Origin: Moniliella sp. 'wahieum'
Lineage: Eukaryota
Assembly (NCBI GenBank): GCA_003971905.1
Contig: RSEE01000088.1
Coordinates: 186,001-250,000 of the forward strand
Length of the DNA stretch: 64,000 bases
Direction: 5' to 3'
The translations under genes and the position numbers were made by a program. The notes beneath the pieces were generated by a model. That model was not told where the DNA came from. It saw nothing but the letters and a program-made list of their open reading frames with translations, and did not search any database. Below, piece after piece: positions 11,873-27,607 of the stretch (position 1 is the stretch's first letter; each line of letters opens with the position of its first letter).

Positions 11873-14741
11873 TGTTGGCCTAGGGAGCCGGACGGGCAAA
11901 GGATGAGGAGAAGGTGATGGATTGGAGCCAGAGTTGGGTCTGGGTACAGAGGCATCTATATAGGAGGCTGGACTAGGCACAGGGACAGTGAGTCACAAGG
12001 AGAAGTGCAGGGCACAGGGACAGTGACACGCAGGGACGTCAGCGTGGAAGCCGATGGAACCGAGGCGAACCTGGTCTACCGACTGGGAGCCAGAGGATCA
12101 CAGTCAACACCCCCGCTGGCCAGGGAACCCGGAGACATCGGTTTGGGATGAGCTCCTGCCAGTGGATGTAGAGAGGGGAGGACTTGAGTGGCAACCGGGA
12201 CGAATGGCCTGGAGTTGTGCATGGCCACACGACTGGCCTACACCCCGCTGTCCAGGATGACACCTGAACGAGCCGAGCGCTTGTGGTTGGTGTATTGTGC
12301 GACCGCCAGATGCTTGTAGAAGTCTTAGAAGTAAAAGTAGTAGGGGTTGCGCCCCGAAGCGATTTGGTGGGCAAAAGTAAAAGCACCAGTTATAGGTGTA
12401 GTGAAAGAAAATTGGAAACTTGGAGTAAATGCGGTCCAAGGTCGTTTGGCATCAAAATTGGATGCGTTTGGTAGTTGTTTGGTTCCGCATGCCTGGTGCC
12501 AGGGGGTCCATTGGGCATGGGAAAGAACGGGCGCTATGCGTCAACCGTCTTGATCTGTTTGGGTTCTCTTTGTTGTTGAAAAGAGGAGTGGAAGAAGTTG
12601 GGTGACCACCCCCCCCCCCATCCTTTCCCCAGGTGCCCCGGATGAATTGGCAATCCGGGGCGTGTAGCCGTGGGTGGGGCACTTGATGAGCAGCCACCCC
12701 CGCTTTCTGCGATTCGCCTGCGCCGTTTTGTCGTTGGAGGAATTTCGTCTCGTTGACGATACCCGACACGTTTTGTTCCGTCGTGTGTTTCCCTAAAAAT
12801 CATGCCCCATCTGTGGGGGACGAGTGTGCCGATTGTGGCGGTAGTATGCCGATTGTGGCGGTAGTATGCCGATTGTGGCGGTAAGGTGCCGATTGTGGCG
12901 GTGGTGTTTGTTGGGCGGAGGACGGTGTGTGTCTTGTGGGCTTGCGGCTTAGCTTGGGCTTGTAGGCTTGGGGGTGGGCTTGCTTGAAGAGCGCTCCCCT
13001 TCCGGGGGATCAGATTGTAGCTCTGTTGGCCTAGGGCCGGACGGGCAGAAGGATGAGGAGAAGGTGATGGATTGGAGCCAGAGTTGGGTCTGGGTACAGA
13101 GGCATCTATATAGGAGGCTGGACTAGGCACAGGGACAGTGAGTCACACAGGAGAGTGCAGGGCACAGGGACAGTGACACGCAGGACGTCAGCGTGGAAGC
13201 CGATGGAACCGAGGCGAACCTGGTCTACCGACTGGGAGCCAGAGGATCACAGTCAACACCCCCCTGGCCAGGGAACCCGGAGACATCGGTTGTGGGATGA
13301 GCTCCTGCCAGTGGATGTAGAGAGGGGGACTTGAGGGCAACCGGGACGAATGGCCTGGAGTTGTGCATGGCCACACGACTGGCCTACAGAGTTGGGTCTG
13401 GGTACAGAGGCATCTATATAGGAGGCTGGACTAGGCACAGGGACAGTGAGTCACACAGGAGAGAGTGCAGGGCACAGGGACAGTGACACGCAGGGACGTC
13501 AGCGTGGAAGCCGATGGAACCGAGGCGAACCTGGTCTAACCGACTGGGAGCCAGAGATCACAGTCAACACCCCCGCTGGCCAGGGAACCCGGAGACATCG
13601 GTTGTGGGATGAGCTCCTGCCAGTGGATGTAGAGAGGGGAGGACTTGAGTGGCAACCGGGACGAATGGCCTGGAGTTGTGCATGGCCACACGACTGGCCT
13701 ACACCCCGCTGTCCAGGATGACACCTGAACGAGCCGAGCGCTTGTGGTTGGTGTATTGCGACCGCCAGATGCTTGTAGAAGTCTTAGAAGTAAAAGGTAG
13801 GGGTTGCGCCCCGAAGCGATTTGGTGGGCAAAAGTAAAAAGCACCAGTTATAGGTGTAGTGAAAGAAAATTGGAAACTTGGAGTAAATGCGGTCCAAGGT
13901 CGTTTGGCATCAAAATTGGATGCGTTGGTAGTTGTTTGGTTCCGCATGCCTGGTGCCAGTGGGGTCCATTGGGCATGGGAAATGAACGGGCGCTATGCGT
14001 CAACCGTCTTGATCTGTTTGGGTTCTCTTTGTTGTTGAAAAAGAGGAGTGGAAGAAGTTGGGTGACCACCCCCCCCATCCTTTCCCCAGGTGCCCCGGAT
14101 GAATTGGCAATCCGGGGCGTGTAGCCGTGGGTGGGGCACTTGATGAGCAGCCACCCCCGCTTTCTGCGATTCGCCTGCGCCGTTTTGTCGTTGGAGGAAT
14201 TTCGTCTCGTTGACGATACCGACACGTTTTGTTCCGTCGTGTGTTGTCCCTAAAAATCATTGCCCCATCTGTGGGGGACGAGTGTGCCGATTGTGGCGGT
14301 AGTATGCCGATTGTGGCGGTAGTATGCCGATTGTGGCGGTAGTATGCCGATTGTGGCGGTAGGTGCCGATTGTGGCGGTGGTGTTGTTGGGCGGGAGGAC
14401 GGGTGTGTCTTGTGGGCTTGGCGGCTTAGCTTGGGCTTGTAGGCTTGGGGGTGGGCTTGCTTGAAGAGCGCTCCCCTTCCGGGGGGATCAGATTGTAGCT
14501 CTGTTGGCCTAGGGAGCCGGACGGGCAGAAGGATGAGGAGAAGGTGATGGATTGGAGCCAGAGTTGGGTCTGGGTACAGAGGCATCTATATAGGAGGCTG
14601 GACTAGGCACAGGGACAGTGAGTCACACAGGAGAGAGTGCAGGGCACAGGGACAGTGACACGCAGGGACGTCAGCGTGGAAGCCGATGGAACCGAGGCGA
14701 ACCTGGTCTACCGACTGGGAGCCAGAGGATCACAGTCAACA
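11873..14741 (-). mobile_element. Non-autonomous mini LTR retroelement (TRIM-like), tandem array: LTR 11873-12109, internal 12110-13023, LTR 13024-13258, partial duplication 13259-13569, internal 13570-14501, LTR 14502-14741
   Basis: LTRs end TGTTG...CAACA; 5-bp TSD AGGGG at 11868-11872 and 14742-14746; G-run polypurine tract next to the LTR on the minus strand; no recognisable gag/pol ORF. Confidence 0.93.
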
Positions 14742-16114
14742 AGGGGCGCGGTTCTATGGCTTGGCTTGGCCAGGGCAAACGTGGGAAGTGCGCAACGCAA
14801 CCCAGGCGCAGAGGTAGATAGAGAAGGAGGGAAGGACAGAAGGGCCGGCTGGGATTCCATATTCCCGCTGGATGGGACGGATAGGATGATCGACAGGATA
14901 GATTTGCTGCGGGGCGTGGTGTGACATGTGACATGTGACATGCGATGTCACATGCCACGCATGATGGCGGTGATGCATGATGGTCCCTGTGCTTGGCGGC
15001 CGACGAGGGCCGAGGGCGAGAAGGGCGAGGCGAAGCGAGCGCGAGAAGGCGGGCAGGCGGGCAGGGCAGGAGGAGCGAGAGGAGGCCGAGGCCGGAGCGC
15101 GCGAGCGTGGCGCGTGGCAAGCGATGTATGATGGGTTGGATTGCCGACGAATGCACTGATTTACTGATGAATGGTTGGACCAAGGGCACGAGGATTGATC
15201 GAATGGTCATGGACCGGGCGCAGTATGCAATGGAGCCAGAGGCAGGGCGCGCAGGACACTGGCGTGCTGCCGGGGCGTGGGATGGGATCGATGTGGGTGT
15301 GACATGTGTGAGGAACTATAAACCGCAGCACACTAGGACGGGTGCTCATTCAATGGGCGGCCGGCGGGAGCCGAGACAGGGCGGGTAGGGAGTACGTGCG
15401 GCGCGGATGCGCTGATGTGGATGATGGATGATGCGCCCGCCGATGCCGCGCTGCCGGATCCACCAGCACGCGCGCCGGCTTGCCGAGGCGGCCACCCCCT
15501 GGCCCAGCATGCAGCATGCAGCACGTCGCTTGGCTGCCAGGGGTTTGTTGGACGCCACGCTCCCCGCTCCAAGCGTCCAGGCGCCAGGCGTCAGGCGGCA
15601 GGCGTCAGGCGGCAGCAAGCGTCCTGGGCGCTCGGCATGGCCGGCAGCCTGCCCACCGCACATCGCTCTCGCCTCCCCGGCGCCTCGGCAGCCGCCGGCT
15701 GGCCTCGCCCGCACCCTCGCCCTCGGTCCGCAGCGCCACGCCGCGTTGCCAGCCACCCGGCGCATCCCCTCGCCCTCGCTCCATCCGGCAGGCAACGCGC
15801 CAGCCTTCGTTGCCACGCCCGCGTCGCTAGCTCTCTTGTCCACCGGCATCCCATCGGCATCGTCGCTGCCATCCGCACAGACCACGCCCCGCCCATGCCC
15901 ACCCACTCAAGCCCCAATCCACGCTTCAGCCTTCAGGCCAAGCTTCAGGCTCCAACGCGCTCGGCGTCGTCCCCGTAGGCCACACTAGGACCAGCTATGG
16001 TGTCTGCTGTGCGGTGCATGCTCCTCCGTCGCATAGATAACCCACACCACCGCCTTTCCTTGGCCCGCACCGTCGCCTGCCCTCGCTCCCTTCCCCCCGC
16101 TGCCTCTGCCTCCG

Positions 16115-18849
<2,735 letters not shown>

Positions 18850-19780
18850 TCACTAGTCACTCCCCCCACCCGCTCTCCTAGCCCGTCCTCTGTACTAGCT
18901 CCTGTGCTACACTCCTAATCCCACTCTACCCGTTCGCCCACCCCATGTAGAGCTCTCTAGGCATGCCCACAACTTATGAGTCGAAGCCTGAAAATGTCTT
19001 TTCCGTCACCCTCCCTCCCGACCCCCTGTGCCCACCTTGAGTGTTGCCCTCTAGGGGTACGAATTCGTGGCCTTTCCCTGAGTGCCATGTAGGCGACCCT
19101 CGGCTCTCCCAGGCTCCATGCTCTCGTGCCCGTCTTCTTCCATCGATCCGTCCCCTGTGGTGGAGGCACCAGGCGCGCATCCGTCATCCGTCTCTTCGAC
19201 GTCCACAGGTATGGCCCATAGGAGCGTCCCTGTTGCCCCATTGGGTTCGGTTCTACGATGAGGGACCATCGTGTCCCGGGTGCTGGTATATATATTCATG
19301 GATCGGGGGCCCATGTAGTACAGTTGGCGTGGTCCTGCATTTTGTGCATAGCTTCCTATGTACTGACATCCGGGACGGAAGACGCAAGCTGGATGGCCCT
19401 CCGATGGCCAGGGGCAGCGGTAAGCGAAGGAGAAGAAGATGGGAGGGGGAAACGTGGGTTGGGCTAGGACTTGGTAGTATATATCCGAGTAACAGCTCCC
19501 CTTATTGTTTTCAGAAAGGCAGAAGAGGGGGGGTGGCCAACGGTGGATGTTTGGATCCAAGGCGATGACGTGTTGGGCGGGTACCAGCGCCCACGAGGGT
19601 GAGGGAGGAAGCGGATGTACAGTGTTCTCCCACCTACTGCTTCTGCAGCTTTCAATATTCACCCTACCGGCCACTTGTCTTCGTGGGTGTAGGAAACGGG
19701 GGATGGGAGGTGCGTTCCATCTGCGGATGGGCAGGAAGAATGATGGTTTAGAATGATGTGTTTGCCAGCTCCGCCAATTA

Positions 19781-19867
19781 GCCTCGCTATTTCAATCGGT
19801 AGAATTTGGGACTTTTACGCACTGCGAGTCCATCCCACGGCTGCGGGTTCGAGTCCCGCGTGAGGCG
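19781..19867 (+). tRNA. tRNA-Lys(UUU) with a 14-nt intron (19818-19831)
   Basis: Acceptor stem GCCTCGC/GTGAGGC; anticodon stem TGGGA/TCCCA with loop CT-TTT-A^A; T-arm GCGGG-TTCGAGT-CCCGC; T-run terminator within 19868-19875. Confidence 0.9.
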
Positions 19868-20123
19868 TTCTTTTTGTTTTGTTTGGGTAGTTCGGCATGT
19901 TCCTTCTCAAGTAGGCTACGCAATGCACACGTTCACATATCGCGCTGGCTGGCTATCGGTTGCTAGTCTATCTGCCATGTGCACTTACTTTGGTCCCAAG
20001 AACACAACGATGCGATTCAAACAGTCCGACCCGACGCTCGTCGTGGGCAGCCGGGCAAGACAAGCTAGTGCGGCAGGGCGTTCATGAACCATGAACCATG
20101 AACCATGAACCATGAACCTCGTC

Positions 20124-23100
20124 TCAAAAATCGCTCTCCTCGTCCGACGCTACTACCCGTGTTCGGGCACGCGACGCGGGCGCTGGCCGTGCTGGCCTCG
20201 CTTTGGCTGCCGCTCTGGAGCGAGAAGAGCGTACGGGCGCCGGGGGCGGACGGTTCTCCTGATCCACTTCGCTCTCTTCCTCTTCCTCCTCTTCCTCCTC
20301 CTCCTCCTCGTCGTCTTCTTCTTCTTCCTCGTCGTCGTCATACTTAACAGCGCCTTCTTCGATCGGGTACTCCGGGCTCGAGGAGGCGGCGCGACCGTCT
20401 CCTCATCCGAGTCGATCTGCTTGGCGCGTCGGCTGGGCGCCTTACGGGGTGGACTGTGCTTTGGGCGCGCGCTTGGCGGCACGAGAGACCTTTTGGCTGG
20501 CCGCAGTGCCGAGCTCTTGCTCCTCTTCCCCCTTGGCACGGTACTTGTCCAAGAGCGCTTCGAATTCAGCCAAGTCCGAGCTGCCGCCCCCGGCGGCCGC
20601 TGCTGCCCGACGCGCGGCGGCGGCGGCACCAGGACCAGCACCACCAATGTTGTTCCGCGCCTTGGTGAGGATGTCGGAGAAGGCCTTGAACACCTCGGGG
20701 CTGTGGAGCTTGTCTTGGTAGTAGGGCAGACCGTCAATGAGTTTCTTGAGCGACCGCTCGGATCGGTAGGGCAACAGGCTGAGGCAGAACGCAATGTCCC
20801 TCCATTGCCGCTCGTCGCCAGCGAGGCGGAAGCGTTGGCACAACTTGTCCACCACATTCTCCGCTTGCCGTTCCTTGTCGATGAAGCCAAAGATGAAGCG
20901 CATCACGTGCTCAAACGTGGTGCTATCCACCGCATGCACCCCTTGAGACAGGTGGGAGATAATGTCGGGCAAGTTTTGTACACTGCGTTTTCCTTGGTGG
21001 CCAACTCGGTAAAGAAGAGCTTGGCCAGATCGCTGATTCGACGGTCTTCATCCTCAATGCACTTGGCCATCTCGCCCAATTGACCTTTGACTTTGATCAT
21101 GCCATTGAGAATCAAGTGGGTAAGCACCATGAGCGTGTGTTTCTTGACGCCAATGTCCTTGTCACTCAAGCCCGTGTAGAGTCGGTCCGAGTCCGTGTCG
21201 ATGCGCTGAGGGAAGCAAACGGCAATGTCACCCAAGCCAATGACCACGTTGGACCGCACCACCGGATCGGTGGTGGTGGTAAGGATGCGCAGGAGCAAGG
21301 CCAAGTTGGCCTCGCAGAACCGCTCGCTGACGCACATAAACTTGACGAGCGAAGCACGGCAGCCTTGCGCAGCGTCGAGTTGGCATACGTCTTGGGGTTG
21401 CAGCAAATGTGGGTGAGCAGAGGACCAAAGGTGGCCAGCAGACTTTGCGAGCCATACAACAACTCTTTCTCCTTGACTGCCTGCACCACATCTCCAATAT
21501 CGTCTTCTGCATTCCCCGCCACTTGGTCCAGCTCATCCTCGGCCTCGGCCACCGCCGCCGCTTTCTTCTTGCCTGCTTTGGCCCCCTTCTCGATCGCAAT
21601 CGCCAGCGCCTTGCTCTTCTCTGCCTCGGCCTTGCGACGCTTGTATTCGCGCTCGACCAGTTCGAGGTAGACAATCTGTTTGAGCGCCACATGACCCACA
21701 ACAAAGAGCTGGGCCAGGGAGAACGAGGAGCGTAGGTAGCCCTCCCCCTCGATTTGGGTGTCAACCATGCTCTCCTCCCCTTCCTGGATTGGCTGGAGAG
21801 CCAAAGAGTTGGAAGGTCATGGTCTTGATGATTTGACCACAGAGGGCATCCGGTTGCTCGCTGAGCAGATAGATGGCCTGGAGGGAATGTTCGGCGAGCG
21901 AGAACCATTCGGGATCGGCCGCCTGGCTGGTAGGCATGGCCATCTGAATCGCGTCGACCAGGCGGGCAAACATGGGTGATCGGCGGGGAAACGAATCCGC
22001 TCGTCCGACATGGCGCCTTTGACTTCTTGACCGTGCCTCCCACTCGGCATAGTGCGACGACGGTGTACTTGGCCAGCACCAGATCGCGGGTTCGCGCCAC
22101 CAGGCCGGCACCCAACCCCACCCGCAGCAAAGCATCAATCTTGCTCTCGATCACATCCCGTCGCGCGGCTGCCAGCATGCTGAGGATGATAATCGCGCCT
22201 CGGCGTTGGGCGCGGGATGGAAAGGTTGGACTCGTACACGTCCCACAGCTTGGCGATCACATCGTCCGCAACGAGGTCCTCCGTCATCATGGTCACCAGC
22301 AGCTGCTCCAACGAGGTGAGCTCGGCCAAAGTGGCGCCAACGTGCGCTCGATCATGTTCTTGGCAACACGGGACACGTTGACGTGGTGAGGAACGTCGGG
22401 CAAGAAATCAAACCAGAGGGTGCGGTACACGTCGAGCAGTCGGCTGCGCACGCCCGTTACCCGTGTCCCATCTTCCATCACCAAGCTGTTGTCCTTGACC
22501 CAAATTAGATGGAGCATTTTGCGCATCCCCTCCATCGCTCCATTCAACTTGTACGCAAATGCAACACGGAAGAACTCCATCGACTCGATCACCTCGGTTT
22601 TGTTGGTACTGGCCAACAGTTGAAGAAGAAGAGGCATGGCTTGTTCCAGTTGCCCGATAAATGTCAACGCATCGCTGTAGTATCGGGAGGTTAGGCGGAG
22701 CTTGGTCAGACGATCGGCCTCTTCCGAGGTGAGTTCGGTTTGGGACGCCTGGAGCGCAGCCATGTCGACCACGCTTTTGCGGGGCTTTTTGGTCTTACGT
22801 GCTCGTGGCGTCCGGCTTTCATCCTCCTCCGCATCCTCGTCCTCCTCTTCCTCTTCCTCCTCTCTCTTCCTCCGCTTCTTCATTTTCATCTTCCTCCAAT
22901 TCGGGGACGGCAGGAAGAGCAACGGAGAGTTTCTTCTCCATTTCGTCCAGTTCGACTTTGAGCGCGTCGTATCGTGCTTCCCATTCGGCGCGGTTCAGTT
23001 CGCCTCCATGCATCAGGCCATAGGGATGGGTGAGGATCATTTTGGACAGCAGCGCAATGGAGTTTTTGCGAACAAAACTCGACTTGTCCTCCAGAGCCCG

Positions 23101-24612
23101 GGTGACCACTTCCATCAACTCCACCCGTTGCCGGGCAAATTTAGTAGGCAAGTCCAAAAGCGACCCGAGATGACGACCGCCTTGGCCCGCACATAGCTGC
23201 TTACATCCAAAACCGAACCAGCACCAGGTCCCAGTACGCGTCGATTTGTTTCTTGCGTGCCTCGGGGTCGAGCATGCCATCGTCCGTCTCAGTGGAAGGC
23301 ATGTCGGTCGCATCGATGGTCGCCAGTGTCCCGCCTGAGTTCTTGGCATTGGGTCGGCCACCTGCCTCGGCAGCTACCCCGGTCGCGACGAGGTGCTTGA
23401 TGAGCAAGCCCAAAACTTCAAGCATGGAGTTGCGCATGGTATATGCCTGGGTACAGCACCGGGTCAGCGGGCCGCATGCAGCACAAACAGATGGGGGTGG
23501 ATGGGGGGAGGGGGGGGGGGACGTACCTCACTGTCAAGGTGTTTATGCAGCACCGCCATCGCCTTCTTACCGAAGCAGGGCTGAGCTCAGCCAGGCGCGA
23601 ACGAGGAAGCGGCCAAAGGATTTGGACGATTTGGCATCGGCCGAGCCAAAGGACTTGGTACCAATCTCACGCAACAGATCGTCAGCCAAGCGGGGCTGAT
23701 CAAAGTCGGTGCGGACGACATGGGTGATCTCGGCAAGAAAGTCGGGCAAATGCTCCGTGTACTGCATGGCCTGCATCATCAATGCCACCGCCGCCGACGT
23801 TTGGCTCTGGTGCTTGATGGCCAAACAGACACCTTGGTGATACCGGCTTTGATGGGGTTCTGCCGTGCGGGTCCGGCAGCCGCCTCGGCGGCGGCCAGGA
23901 CGGGTGTAGGCATCGTCTTCGATCAGAAGAAAGACGGGGCGGAGGAAACAGCCAGCGACAAACGCATCGCGGTCGATGGTGGTGGCCCAGATACGGGCGG
24001 ACTGGAGAGTGCGCATGGCACGACTGAGCAAGGAAAGGAACGTAGGGATGTGCGCAGGCCAGTTGAATTGTTCCTTGTTTCATTTGGCGGATGCCCTTTT
24101 TGCGGCCGCCAAGGCCGCGCCGGACCCGCTGGCGGCGTGCAGGCGCTCGCGCTCAGCGACGAGGACAAACCAGTGGAGCAGAAGCCCCCACTTCTCAAGT
24201 TGGGTACGATGGGCACGGTAGTCCACCGCACTCGTCTCGTCGCGCGCCGTGTCGTCGAGGGCGGCGGCAAGCCGGTGGTCAAGGCATCAGCAGCTTGGCC
24301 GCGAGCGAGGGGCAGAGGAAAGGTGTGGGTAGTGGAGCAGGAAGCTGCGCAGCGCGTCGTACACTGTCGCTTCACCGTCCGAAGTGGCAATGAGTTCGTC
24401 CAGGGAGTCGGCGCCGGCGGCGGGCGGTGGCGATGCGATCGACGACGGCGTTGAGCACCGCGGCGCGTTCGCGCGCATCGAGCTCGGGCACGGCGATCTC
24501 GCTGGGGATGACGTAGCCCGCTGCGGCGTCGGCAGAGGTGGGGAGGGCGAGGAGCTCGTCGGCAAGGTGAACGCAGAGCCCGGGCGACGCCGGACGGGTC
24601 AGACTCGGCCAT
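20124..24612 (-). CDS. YCS4: Condensin complex subunit 1 (Ycs4/Cnd1/NCAPD2); intron 23447-23526; many frameshifts
   Basis: 'LEDKSSFVRKNSIALL....THPY', 'LLASTNKTEVIESMEFF', 'VVRSNVVIGLGD', 'LTHLILNGMIKVKGQLGEMAKCIED', 'ERQWRDIAFCLSLLPY'; acidic C-terminus. Confidence 0.95.
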
Positions 24613-24845
24613 GGCGGTGGGGGTGGTGGAGGCGGGTGTTGGTGTTGTGGTGTTGCGGAACCGGCGCGTTGCCTGCGAGCAGCGCGCGTGTTGTTCGCAC
24701 GCACATACGCACATACGCGCGCGTCACGTGACACGCGAACATTTCAGCTGGCGCGCCACCACTGCCCATGTGGACTGGATCGAAGAGCGGGTCTTCGGAC
24801 TCCGCCGCCGGCCAGCGGGTCTGCCTCCCACCCCCCGCCGCCGCC

Positions 24846-25828
24846 ATGGAGCAGAGCAGTCCGCCGCCCCCCCCGAAACGCTTGCGCTCATCAACTTCCT
24901 CCGCTCCAACCCTGCCCTCCACCCGCACGTCGGCATCACGGCAAGCGGTCGAGTACTTCAAGGGCAAGCACGCCGTTGCTGCTCTCACCTCGCCTCGCTT
25001 ACGCTGCCCTGGCCGCCAAGGGCAAGGTGGCGCCCGCGGCCACCGAGGAGGAGGCCACCAAGCTACTCCACGACACCATCCGCTATGCTTTCTTCCTGCG
25101 TGCCGACCGCGGCGACAAGATTAAGGCGCGCGATGCCAACGGCGATGCCGGCGGCGGCGGCGGCCGTTGTTGCGCATCAAACCCATGCAGTCCTTCCAGC
25201 CTGACCTGGTTCGTTTTGCCGCACCTCTTATTCCTGTTCCCCCGCGGCGGGACATCCATCCCTGACTGACCTTTGTTTTGTTGTTTCTTCGCAGTACTTT
25301 GTATGGCTCTACGAGGGTTCCCAACTTTACGTCAAGCTGGCCGGATTCGGCATGGTCGCCGTCATCCTTGCCGCTGTCATGTTCCCGCTCTGGCCTGCGT
25401 TTCTGAGGCAAGGCGTCTGGTACCTGTCGGTGGCCGTGCTGTTTTTGATTGGCGCGTTTATTGTCTTGGCCATCTTCCGTCTGATCCTCTATGTGATTAC
25501 GATCGTGGTGGCCAGTCCGGGGATTTGGCTGTTCCCCAACCTTTTTGAAGACGTTGGATTTTTCGACTCGTTCAAGCCGCTCTGGGCATGGGACTTGCCT
25601 CCTCCTCCGAAAAAGGCCAAGCGGTCCAAGGCGAAGCAAGTCTCTCCGCAGCAAGGCCAAGGGTCAGAGGAAGAGAAAGCACCTTCCGGCCGTACTGCCG
25701 TCGCCAACCTGCCCGGCATGGCGCCGGCCGAGCCGAGAGCGCGGCGCCGCGCTCCAAACTGCCGCCACCCCCTTCCAGCCACCCAGGTAGAGCAAAAAGT
25801 TTATCTCAAGCTCGACGAACTGGATTAG
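24846..25828 (+). CDS. SEC62: Translocon subunit Sec62; intron 25209-25294; frameshifts
   Basis: 'VEYFKGKHAV..L', 'YFVWLYEG', 'MFPLWP..LRQGVWYLS', 'PGIWLFPNLFEDVGFFDSFKPLWAW'. Confidence 0.92.
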
Positions 25829-26347
25829 AAACGATGTTTGTGCCTGCCGCTCGCTTCCCCCCATTTTTCTGTCGGCATACCCTGGTCGATTTCGACGAGA
25901 CGGCATAGTAGAGTAGGCATCTGTACCCACCCTGCAAAGGAACCCTTATTCCAGCTGCCGCCTGCTGTAGCCGTTGGCCAGCCTCGCGAGTTCTTCCGAT
26001 GGTCAATGGCTATCCTTACGGCCCCAGAGCTAACAGGAACGAACGGACCGCGCGCCTGGCTGGCGCTCCTTGGTCAGTGAGGGCCGCATTCTGCATTCAT
26101 AGAGCCGAGGCCGCGCCCCCCTCTACATATCCACCCCGCCCTACCCTTCTCGCCCAGACTCGACTAGCCACACCCTGGGTGAAGCTTGCGACTTGACTGA
26201 AATTGTTTCCTGTAGCATACTCTGATATGTGCAGTGCCGTCTACGTGGGGATTCCCAGCGTGGGGGTACGGCGAGTGGGGGGGGGGGGGGCAACAGGGGA
26301 GTTGCGAGGTCACTAGTGTACAAGGGCAGTAAGGGCATGGAGGAGGC

Positions 26348-27321
26348 CTAGGCGAGCTGGGAGCGTTTCTTGGCCGTGTTCATGTACGGCCGCAGCACCC
26401 ACTCGACATCTGCCGTGGCATTCTCCAGGGTGCCCTGACGGATCTCAAACGGCCGCATCTCGAACCGAGGACCGACCTCGGCGAGCTGGACGTCCTTGTG
26501 GCTCAACTTGAGGAACACGTGGTGACGGAACGAAATGTAATCGTTGCGATTGGCAAATGTCATGACACGCTTCGCGTCCTCCTTGGGCACGGGGAACAAG
26601 AAGCGCAGGACACTCATCACGCGCACGCCCAAGGGCGAAGCGAGGTTGTCAAAGATCAAGTGCGGGTACTGCTCCGACACGGTCGACTGCGCATGCGCAT
26701 CCACCTCGTGCCGCAGCACCACATTCGCCAGGTTGAACTTGACTGTTGGGCCATGGGGGAAATGGGAGACGATGAGCGCATCGGGCACACCGCGGTGCTC
26801 ATGCACAATCACCACGTCCGTAATGTCGTTGGCGCGACAGGCAGCTGCGAGCTCGGCGGTGGTGTAGCCACCCCGGTTGAGACGCGTGGCATTGGGGAAA
26901 ACAAGACGAAGTTCCTTGGCGAATTGGGTCAGGCGAGAGGAAGGATTGTGGGAGGTGGTGACCAGCACACGCGGGTCGTACGTGCCGGCCTTGCTGTACT
27001 CGTCGTCGAGCGAAGAACCGGGCTCTGAATACCATGCGAGGAAAACAACCAAAGCAGAGTCAGAGAGATGCGCAGACAGAAGCCCAAAGGGGGAGGGGGG
27101 GGGGGGGACCCAACGCCCGACTACGTACCGGCCTGCGACTCGTCGAGGGTGAGGGTGGCGGCGTACTTGCGCGCATCGTCGCGCAGCTCGGGCGGGATGG
27201 GCTTGCCCTCGGCCAAAAACTGGCGGATTTTTTGCTTGCGCGCCCAGATCTGGCGCTCCTGGGCCTCGAGGTTCTTGCGGTAGATGAACTCGCGGCGCTC
27301 GCGGATTTGCCGGCGCAGCAT
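26348..27321 (-). CDS. IMP4: U3 snoRNP Brix-domain protein Imp4; intron 27025-27128
   Basis: 'MLRRQIRERREFIYRK', 'DDEY...DPRVLVTTSHNPSSRLTQFAKEL', 'HEHRGVPD', 'LAEVGPRFEMR', 'EWVLRPYMNTAKKR'. Confidence 0.96.
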
Positions 27322-27607
27322 GGCGGTGGGTCAGGTCGACGCGATGGGGAGAGAAGAAGAAGAGGTAGGCAGCCAGCGAGGTGTGCCCCCACTCCTCCGC
27401 GCCGACCCCCCCCAGGGCCGGGAGGAAAAAAAATAGAGTGCCCCGGGGCGGAATGGCCGCCGGGCGGAATTGCGGCCGAGGCGCTTCGCTTCTTCTTGGA
27501 TTGACTGGCCCCAGTTGGCGGCGGGCGGGAACGGCAGACTTGAGCGCTACGCCGTCGCTGCTGCCTCTGCCTCTTTTGCCGCCGCCTCTGCCGCCTCGCT
27601 CCCCACC

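Noticed and set aside
11116..11883. 255-aa ORF after the B56 gene
   Set aside because: It arises from a microsatellite and a pyrimidine-rich 3' flank.
12827..12902. CRISPR-like appearance of the 20-bp repeats in the TRIM
   Set aside because: Head-to-tail repeats with no unique spacers, no cas genes, and a eukaryotic context.
12039..13130. ORFs inside the TRIM as gag or pol remnants
   Set aside because: No zinc knuckle, protease, RT, RNase H or integrase motifs, and the frames differ between copies.
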